From Planctomycetota bacterium (GTDB lineage Bacteria > Planctomycetota > PLA2 > JAEUHO01): a stretch of DNA of 64,000 bases. Positions 56,914 to 64,000 of this stretch are shown here, in pieces; position 1 is the stretch's first letter, and each line of letters starts with the position of its first letter. The stretch spans positions 2,176,001 to 2,240,000 of the forward strand of contig CBDCTJ010000007.1 of assembly GCA_965222115.1 (NCBI GenBank). Direction: 5' to 3'. The notes beneath the pieces are model-generated. The model did no database searches and had not been told where the DNA came from. It saw nothing but the letters and a program-made list of their open reading frames with translations. The position numbers and the translations under genes were made by a program.

Positions 56914-57651
56914 ATGGCAACCGCGGGTGACACGCGTGGCAGGGGACCGCAGCGCGCTTTCGTCGAATCGCTGCCCTCAAGTGGCGCAGTGCGTCTCTCA
57001 CCCGAGGAGTCCCACCATCTCTGTCGCACACGTCGCGTGGCACAAGGGGCAACCGTTGTGCTCTTCGATGGCGAAGGCGCAACCATGCGCGGCACCTTGG
57101 TCCACGCAGACGGACGCGCAGCCGTTGTCGAGTTGGATGCGCCCTATCCCGATCGTGAACCCGCGGTTCGCGTGCACATCGCCGCCGCCGTGCCCGAACC
57201 CGCGCGTGCCGATCACATGATTGCCACCATGGCGGAACTCGGCGTGTGGAGTTATCAACCCACGCAATTTGAACGGATGCACCCCAAGCGTATTGAGCTC
57301 GTACAACGGCGCGGGGAGCGCTGGACGAAAATGACGCGAGAAGCGGCGAAGGTCAATGGGCGTAGCCGACTCATGGAGATCCGCGAGGTTTTGAGATTTC
57401 GAGAGCTCAGACTTCACGACTCGATTGTTTTGGATCCATCGCCTGACGTGCCGCCACTCGCAAGCGTAATTCGCCGTGACGCATCTAGCGCGATGCTCGT
57501 GATTGGTCCCGAAGGTGGGCTTACGCCGGGGGAGCTTGAGCATGCGCGCGAGCAAAAGGCGCGTCTCGCTAACCTGGGCGCGCCCGTCTTGCGTATCGAA
57601 ACTGCGGCACTCGCAGCGGCGGCCATCGCGCTATCCACGCCGCGGGGATAG
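56914..57651 (+). CDS. rsmE: 16S rRNA m3U1498 methyltransferase
   Basis: HHL..TRR, LFDG.G, ELGV, IGPEGG, LG..VLRIETAA. Confidence 0.9.
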   Translation: MATAGDTRGRGPQRAFVESLPSSGAVRLSPEESHHLCRTRRVAQGATVVLFDGEGATMRGTLVHADGRAAVVELDAPYPDREPAVRVHIAAAVPEPARADHMIATMAELGVWSYQPTQFERMHPKRIELVQRRGERWTKMTREAAKVNGRSRLMEIREVLRFRELRLHDSIVLDPSPDVPPLASVIRRDASSAMLVIGPEGGLTPGELEHAREQKARLANLGAPVLRIETAALAAAAIALSTPRG

Positions 57652-57654
57652 GCT

Positions 57655-59673
57655 TTGTCGGTGCACGTTTCAAACCTCCGCCTGTTCATCACAACGCCCG
57701 GCGTGGCGGAACGTGTCTATGACTTGGTGGAGGGCGAGGCCATCTTTGGGCGCGACGAAAGCGTGACCATTCCGGTCGCAGATCGCACGTTGAGCCGCAA
57801 ACATTGCCGAATGTACATGGGGGCTGATGGCTGGCGCGTGACGGACCTCGGTTCAAAGAACGGGACGTTTCTAAATGGCGCTGTGATTCTCGACGAACGC
57901 GTGCGCTCCGGGGACAGCGTTGAGATTGGCGAGACGCGCATAGCCGTACACGACATTGAGACGACGGGTGCGGGCGCTGATATTCGCGCCCACGAACATT
58001 CGGCGCGCCTGTCAATTGAGAAGCCTGTCCCGCCGGGTCGTGCCGAGGCCGCCCACCACCGTGAGATTCGCGCGCTCAATCACCTCATGACGCTGAATGA
58101 GAAGATTAATGCGCTCGATAGCGAAGATCGATTGCTCGACGGCATCTTGGATGCCGCTATTGAACTGACTGAGGCCGCGCGCGGCTTTCTGCTAATTCGC
58201 CAAGAGGATCACTTTGTTGTGCGTCGCGCGCGTCTGCCCGATCACCGCGATATGGCCGATGCGGAAGGAAACTTTTCCGTGAGCGTTGCCACGGAAGTGA
58301 TTCGCAGCGGCAATGCCATGCTTTCTGAAGATCTGCAGCACGATCCCCGCTTTGAGGGGAGCGGAAGTGTGGCCAACTTGGACTTGCGCTCGCTCGTGTG
58401 TGTCCCCTTGCGCTCGTCCAAAGAAGTCTTTGGCGCTGTGTATCTCGACAATAGTTACGCCGAAGGGACGTTTGATGGTTGGGACGTGCGCATGCTCGAA
58501 GGCTTTGCGAGTCTCGCGTCGATTGCGATTCGCAACGCGAGGCAGCGCAAGGACATGGCGAAGCATCGGCGCGAAGCGGTGCGCCAAGCCCGTCGCATTG
58601 AACGCCTCAATGAACGTCTGCGTAAAGCGCTCAAGGTTCGCACCGACGCGCTTCGCCGCGCGCGTGAAGATCTCGCCAAGCAGGCCGATCAGTTTGGCTT
58701 GCGGTATCGCTACGAAAACGTGATTGGACGCAGTCCCGCCATGCAGGCCGTGTTGCGTACCGTGGATCGCATCACCGACCTCACCATTCCCGTCATGATC
58801 ATTGGTGAGTCCGGCACGGGCAAAGAACTCATTGCGCGAGCCATGCACTTCAACTCGGACCGTCGCGGTGAGCGATTGGTAAGCGAAAACTGCGCCGCCA
58901 TACCCGCCGCATTGGTCGAAAGTGAGTTCTTTGGTCACAAGAAGGGCGCGTTTACGGGCGCCGATCGCGATCACGTAGGGCTGTTTGAACAAGCCCATGC
59001 CGGCACGCTCTTCCTGGACGAGGTGGGGGAGATGCCCGCCGAACTCCAGAAGAAGTTCTTGCGTGTGTTGGAAGAAGGCAGCGTCCGTCGTTTGGGAAGC
59101 AAGCGCCTGCGGTCAATTGACGTACGACTCATCAGCGCCACCAACCGCAACATTGGGTCCATGTTGCAAAACGGACAGTTTCGAGAAGATCTCTATTACC
59201 GCATCGCCGGCGTCGTGATCGAGTTGCCGCCGCTGCGTGAACGCCGTCAAGACATTCCGGCGCTCGTGGCTCACTTCCTCGCCTCGGAAGGGGAAGAAGC
59301 CAGTCGCATCACCATCGATCGCGCCACGATGGATTTACTGGTGGCCTTTGACTGGCCCGGCAATGTCCGCGAACTTCGCAACGAAGTGCAGCGCCTCGTC
59401 GCCGTCCAGCGCGCGGGTGTTGTTCAACCGGCGCACTTAAGCGCACGCATTTTGAACTACGAGCCCAGCGATCCCGATGACGTACCCGAGGGCGGTCTCA
59501 AGACGATGGTGGAAGACTTGGAACGCCGCGTCCTGCGGGCCGCACTCACGCGCCATGAGTGGAATAAGAGCCGCACCGCGCGCGAACTCGGCCTCAGCCG
59601 CCTCGGCCTGCGCAAAAAGATCGAACGCTACGGCATCGACAGCGAAGAACCGCCCAAAGGTGTAAATGTGTAA
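57655..59673 (+). CDS. FHA-GAF sigma54-dependent enhancer-binding protein (Fis HTH)
   Basis: FHA (GR, SRKH, DLGSKNGTFLNG); GAF (SLVCVPL, GAVYLD); GESGTGKE, GAFTGA, FLDEVGE, FREDLYYR, WPGNVREL. Confidence 0.93.
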   Translation: MSVHVSNLRLFITTPGVAERVYDLVEGEAIFGRDESVTIPVADRTLSRKHCRMYMGADGWRVTDLGSKNGTFLNGAVILDERVRSGDSVEIGETRIAVHDIETTGAGADIRAHEHSARLSIEKPVPPGRAEAAHHREIRALNHLMTLNEKINALDSEDRLLDGILDAAIELTEAARGFLLIRQEDHFVVRRARLPDHRDMADAEGNFSVSVATEVIRSGNAMLSEDLQHDPRFEGSGSVANLDLRSLVCVPLRSSKEVFGAVYLDNSYAEGTFDGWDVRMLEGFASLASIAIRNARQRKDMAKHRREAVRQARRIERLNERLRKALKVRTDALRRAREDLAKQADQFGLRYRYENVIGRSPAMQAVLRTVDRITDLTIPVMIIGESGTGKELIARAMHFNSDRRGERLVSENCAAIPAALVESEFFGHKKGAFTGADRDHVGLFEQAHAGTLFLDEVGEMPAELQKKFLRVLEEGSVRRLGSKRLRSIDVRLISATNRNIGSMLQNGQFREDLYYRIAGVVIELPPLRERRQDIPALVAHFLASEGEEASRITIDRATMDLLVAFDWPGNVRELRNEVQRLVAVQRAGVVQPAHLSARILNYEPSDPDDVPEGGLKTMVEDLERRVLRAALTRHEWNKSRTARELGLSRLGLRKKIERYGIDSEEPPKGVNV

Positions 59674-62600
59674 TGAGAAGGCGTTGCTTCATGAGGGGTT
59701 CATTTGTAATTGTTGTACGCAGTCTTTTGCTCATGGCGTTTACGTCCCTCGTGCAGGTGATTGATGCGCCTCCGGCCAGCGCAAAGGAAGATGCGGCCAA
59801 ACTCGAAGCCAAGATTGCCAAAATCGATTATTCGAATCTGAACCCGTTTGGCTTTCGGTCGTTTGAGCGATGGTACGGAACCAACCGCACCGAGCGCACG
59901 AATTCAATAAAAGCGATAGACCTCGGTCTCGACTGGATCGCAGCCCAACAAGTGAAGGACGGCAGTTTTCGTCACGACGACGACAAGAGCGTGAATGAAG
60001 GGTTTCGGTCAGGTGTGACCGCGCTTTGCGCGCTAGCGATGATGGGACGAGGGCGCAACGGCCGCGATGGAAACTCCCATGATGCTGTCCTGGTCCGCGC
60101 CTTGGGATATCTGGTGAACAACCAAGCTGAAAATGGTGCCATTGGTTGGGACAAGTCCTTCGGCCATTCAATCTATAACCATGCATTCGCCGCGCTCGCC
60201 CTCGTCGAGGCGTTCGGATTATCCGGCGACCACAAATGGCGCGCCCCCGCGCAGCGCGCATTGGACTTTCTCGCCTTGGCCAGAAATCCCTATTTTGGCT
60301 GGCGATATGGGATTCGTACGGGAGAGGTAGATACCTCCGTGTCTTGCTGCTGCGTACTCGCCATACTCGCGGCCAAGCGAGTCAATCGTGCGGCCATTGC
60401 GAATGGGTTTGCGTCGCCACTTCGGGTGGATGAGCCTGCGCTGGAAGGTGTGAAGGCCTGGCTCGACAAGATTGTCGATCCCGATTACGGCGCTGCGGGA
60501 TACGTCGTTCGCGGTCAAAGCGGCAGAGGATACAAGGGCGACGTACCGCGAGACCCCGAAACGAACCTGGACGCCAATACCGCATCTGCTCTGCTCTACT
60601 TCACCCATATCTATAACTATGAGCCGCGCAGACTGCAGAAAGAGAAATTGCCAAAACTCATGACCGACCGGTGTCTGTCAAACCTCCCCCGTTGGCAGTC
60701 GGGTCGGGCTGACTACTACTACTGGTTTTTCGCGACAACAGCGTTTGCGCGCCTCGGCGGAAAGGCATGGGATACGTGGCGCGAAGCGCTCAACAAGGTA
60801 TTACTGACGAACCAGATTCTGGAAAAGCCGACTTACCGAGGTTCATGGGATCCGATCGGCGTGTGGTCCAGTCACGGGGGACGCTTGTATTCGACCGCCA
60901 TGGCGGTACTTGCGCTTGAGGCACCCGCGCGCACGATTGATCATCGCTTGAAGGCGAGCATGGTTGTCTCGCTCATCAAGGACAAGACGTCTTCGCATCT
61001 GGCATCCAGATCGATAGTGTCGTGGTTCATCAATCATCGCGCCTACAAAACTAAATCGAAAGACATCGATCAAATCATACGCGCGGCGTGCAAGCACAAA
61101 CACGTGTCGGTCCGAATCGCAGGAATTGAGGCTCCGCGTCATCCGGATCAGCTGAGCGGGGGCATCAAGAGTGCGATTCGACGCTGCCTTTCCGATACCG
61201 ATTCGCGTGTTCGGGTTGCGGCTGTGCTTGCCGTGCGGCGGCTCATGCCCAAGCACAAGAAGTTGTCAGAGTGGCTGGCCACCGCGGCAAAAGACAAGGA
61301 TCCGAGTGTCCGCACCGCTGCAACGATCGACATCGCATTGGGTCGCGATGAAGTCGCGAAGCGACTCGGCATTCTGTCCGGGCTGGCCGCCAACGATCCC
61401 TGGGCTCGTGCGTGTTCGCTTTTTTCTGCTCAAGATTCTCTGAGTGACTCCAAGGCGCTAACGTCCCATGCCGTAGCAGCTCTGGGCAGCCAGCATGAAT
61501 CAATCGTTCGAGCTGGTCTTATGACGCTACACACCTTGCCCAAGCCCGAAGCGATGGAGCTCGCTCCGATTGAGGCGCTTCTTGCCCGAAACAGCCCCTG
61601 GATTCGCCTTGATGCGTGCAAAGCTCTCCTTCACGTACAGCCAACGAAAGGAAACGAACGCGTCCTCTCCACCTTGCAGGACCTGATTACGTCCGAAGAT
61701 CTGGCCGTCGTTGCCGCCGCCATGGATGTTCTGCATCGCATCGGTGGACTCGAGAAGGTGAACGAGTTTCTGTTGGTGAGGCTTCTGCGTGGCCCCGACC
61801 ACGAAGTACGTCGGATGGTCATTGACGAGTTGGGTCGTCGTAAGAGCAAACGAGACAACACCGTGCGGAATCTCGCGCTGATTCGTTACTCGTCCCTGCG
61901 AGAAGCGGAACGCGTTCATGCTGCTTCCGCGCATTCGAAGGCCGGGTTTACGGAAGAACAAGTGCTCGATATCGTCGCTCGTGGACTGCGCGCAGCCGAC
62001 ACGCGTATGCTTGCGACGGAGGCCTTGATCATGGCTGGGTCGGCGTCGATTCCCGCGCTGCTGCGCGAGCTGAATCACGCGGACAACAAGAATCCCTTGC
62101 CGGTCTTGCACGCACTTCAGCATTTAGGATTTGGTGCTAGCGGTGCCGTGCTGCCGCTACGGGCGTATCTCGCGACCGTGAAGGACGACAGAGTCAAGTC
62201 TGAAGTCATTACAACGTTGATTGCAACCGGAGATGACACTCACAACGTTCAATCGCTCCCCAAGGCACTCAATGCGGGGTTTGATCGCTTGGGGCTGCGC
62301 CGATCCATACTCAGCTATCGACAGAAGCTGCGCACGGAACCACAGACCGTGAAAGCTCTCTGCGAGGCCTACAAGGCGTCGGCAGATCCCAAGGTGCGTG
62401 CGACAGCACTTTTTGTATTGATCGATCACGCGTGGACCCATCCCGATGCGATGGACGTGTGCGTGGATGCCGCATGGAGTCATCCCGATGCGCATGTTCG
62501 ATGGGTCGCGCTCTTTATCGCACTGCAGACACCCAAGAAGAAGGACAAGCACCTGCGCGCGATTGTGCTTGGGCTGTCCGACGAGGACCCCCGCGTGCGT

Positions 62601-63023
62601 TCGCTCTGCGCCGAGCACATTGGAATCGGCTGGCGCATCTCAAAGGCAACAATCGATCAGCTCTTGCGTGCCATGGAGTCATCCATTCCTGCGGCGAGGC
62701 GCGCCGTAGGCAGGCTTCTCAAGAAACACGCGAAACAAGCGGTTCCTGCCTTGATCGATGCGTGGAAGCGAGGCGTACACAAAATCGGTGCGGCACGCGC
62801 GGCGGGCTGGTGCGGCCCCGAATCCTTCGAGACGATTCAACAGTGGCTGTTGGATCCCGATGCCAAGTCTCGCATCGCCGCGGCTCACGGCATGGGCGTG
62901 CTGATTCAGGGCAATCGCGTACCTCATGCGCCAGAGTTGATCTTGAAACGAATGCAATCGGAGGCGGATCCTGCCGTGCGTGAAGCCCTCGTTCGGGCTC
63001 TATGGGGACATATTGGCAAGTAG
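59673..63023 (+). CDS. Secreted prenyltransferase/squalene-cyclase-fold domain + HEAT-repeat protein
   Basis: QW-like repeats (QQVKDGSF, NQAENGAI, GWRY, GSWDP), YYWFF, GGRLYSTA; C-terminal HEAT repeats (DSRVRVAA, DPSVRTAA, DPRVRS). Confidence 0.82.
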   Translation: MRRRCFMRGSFVIVVRSLLLMAFTSLVQVIDAPPASAKEDAAKLEAKIAKIDYSNLNPFGFRSFERWYGTNRTERTNSIKAIDLGLDWIAAQQVKDGSFRHDDDKSVNEGFRSGVTALCALAMMGRGRNGRDGNSHDAVLVRALGYLVNNQAENGAIGWDKSFGHSIYNHAFAALALVEAFGLSGDHKWRAPAQRALDFLALARNPYFGWRYGIRTGEVDTSVSCCCVLAILAAKRVNRAAIANGFASPLRVDEPALEGVKAWLDKIVDPDYGAAGYVVRGQSGRGYKGDVPRDPETNLDANTASALLYFTHIYNYEPRRLQKEKLPKLMTDRCLSNLPRWQSGRADYYYWFFATTAFARLGGKAWDTWREALNKVLLTNQILEKPTYRGSWDPIGVWSSHGGRLYSTAMAVLALEAPARTIDHRLKASMVVSLIKDKTSSHLASRSIVSWFINHRAYKTKSKDIDQIIRAACKHKHVSVRIAGIEAPRHPDQLSGGIKSAIRRCLSDTDSRVRVAAVLAVRRLMPKHKKLSEWLATAAKDKDPSVRTAATIDIALGRDEVAKRLGILSGLAANDPWARACSLFSAQDSLSDSKALTSHAVAALGSQHESIVRAGLMTLHTLPKPEAMELAPIEALLARNSPWIRLDACKALLHVQPTKGNERVLSTLQDLITSEDLAVVAAAMDVLHRIGGLEKVNEFLLVRLLRGPDHEVRRMVIDELGRRKSKRDNTVRNLALIRYSSLREAERVHAASAHSKAGFTEEQVLDIVARGLRAADTRMLATEALIMAGSASIPALLRELNHADNKNPLPVLHALQHLGFGASGAVLPLRAYLATVKDDRVKSEVITTLIATGDDTHNVQSLPKALNAGFDRLGLRRSILSYRQKLRTEPQTVKALCEAYKASADPKVRATALFVLIDHAWTHPDAMDVCVDAAWSHPDAHVRWVALFIALQTPKKKDKHLRAIVLGLSDEDPRVRSLCAEHIGIGWRISKATIDQLLRAMESSIPAARRAVGRLLKKHAKQAVPALIDAWKRGVHKIGAARAAGWCGPESFETIQQWLLDPDAKSRIAAAHGMGVLIQGNRVPHAPELILKRMQSEADPAVREALVRALWGHIGK

Positions 63024-63050
63024 GTCTCGATCGAGACCCATGCGTAGCTG

Positions 63051-63998
63051 CTATCCGCCTCCCGTAACACTCGCTTTCGCCGGTTCGGGTTTGCGGTCGT
63101 TGGGGATGGCGCGCAGCGAGGTTTTGTCGAGCAGCAAGATCAAGGTGTGCATTGCCGTGACATAGGCTTCAGTACGTCCGCGTGAAAGGCCGCCTTTCTT
63201 GGAATCATTTGACGAAGCGGGCAGCGCATCGCGGCAGATGCATTCAAAGGACCCATTGTCGGATTGATGTTTGATCATGCGTGCAAAGAACGTCTCTCGA
63301 AACCGGTCCCAGGCCGTATTGCCGCGTGCGCGAAAGAGAAAGGCGGCCAGCATAAAGTTGTAGGTCGCTGACCCATGGCCTTCGGTGAGGTATTCCATCC
63401 CGTCGTCAACGAACTCGAGCGCGCGCGACATCTCCACATCACGCCAACCTATGCCCAAGATGTGCATGGCCCACGCTGCGCCGGCTGCACGGCTTACACC
63501 GGTGAGTGCTTTGTGGGCACTGCGTTGGCTCGGATCGTAGGGAAAGTTGCCATTGGCGTGTTCGGCATACTTGAAGTAGCGAATTGCGCGCTCAAGGGCT
63601 TCATTGCCGACGGCATCGATCTTCTTAGTTGCCGCATTCTTAGTAGGCGGTAGGGGAGCGACCGCATTTGACATATGTAGCGCGGGTGCCACGAGGTTGG
63701 TCGTCGACACGAGCGTATCGGCGTACATCCCGTAGCCATCCATGGGATCCGGGCCGCGCGGCTTGCCTTTGTCCTTCACAATGCCGTGGCCCCATCCTCC
63801 GTTTTCGGCCTGGGCGCGAATCAGAATGGCGTTGATCTTCGCAAGAGACGCCCTCGCGGCACGTTTCTTGATTCCGCGCGCGTGGCACTCGGCAAAGAAC
63901 ACGGCCGACATGGCCAAGGGCCAAGTGAATTGCACAAGCTTACTGGAGCTGATGGATCCATTACGTTCCGGGATCATTGCCGGGTCGGCGAGTTTGGT
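63051..63998 (-). CDS. C-terminal part of a prenyltransferase-fold (alpha/alpha toroid) protein running off the right edge
   Basis: Frame is open to the window end; AQAENGGWGH, ANGNFPY, HQSDNGSF repeats. Confidence 0.7.
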   Translation of the reverse strand, partial: TKLADPAMIPERNGSISSSKLVQFTWPLAMSAVFFAECHARGIKKRAARASLAKINAILIRAQAENGGWGHGIVKDKGKPRGPDPMDGYGMYADTLVSTTNLVAPALHMSNAVAPLPPTKNAATKKIDAVGNEALERAIRYFKYAEHANGNFPYDPSQRSAHKALTGVSRAAGAAWAMHILGIGWRDVEMSRALEFVDDGMEYLTEGHGSATYNFMLAAFLFRARGNTAWDRFRETFFARMIKHQSDNGSFECICRDALPASSNDSKKGGLSRGRTEAYVTAMHTLILLLDKTSLRAIPNDRKPEPAKASVTGGG

Positions 63999-64000
63999 CG

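Noticed and set aside
1-64000. tRNA, rRNA, riboswitch (e.g. TPP near thiSG) or intact transposase
   Set aside because: None recognised by eye; an Infernal/tRNAscan run would be needed to exclude divergent ones.

Overview
GC-rich, gene-dense bacterial window. The gene repertoire suggests a Planctomycetota genome (inference): many secreted HEAT/TPR proteins, HExxH DUF1570-like proteins, prenyltransferase-fold proteins and an FHA-GAF-sigma54 activator. Housekeeping and metabolic genes include a PaaZ/BoxD-like ALDH, a degenerate HemF, carboxylesterase, dusB, an HPS-RraA fusion, thiS-thiG, a gamma-CA family protein, FabZ-like, HU/IHF, oppAABC, ridA, a HAD hydrolase, family-4 UDG and rsmE. The main candidate for an undescribed system is a ~17 kb minus-strand cluster (34.2-51.4 kb). 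Two TPR-bearing lipoprotein secretins bracket two large exported TPR proteins, one ExbB/TolQ, three ExbD/TolR and a Thr-nucleophile sulfatase-like enzyme. No ATPase, pilin, TonB or TonB-dependent receptor gene is present in the window, so this may be a proton-motive-force-driven secretin machine. Other notable signals: an 8-bladed Asp-box lipoprotein with perfectly co-varying inter-blade cysteines, a rod-shaped candidate ncRNA (6S-like), two TMTC-like GT-C/TPR proteins, OppA paralogs with large helical insertions, a frameshifted HEAT gene, a 48-aa membrane ORF missing from the ORF track, and several intergenic repeat/palindrome clusters. No rRNA, tRNA, CRISPR array or intact transposase was seen. 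All assignments are by eye from motifs; no database searches were run.
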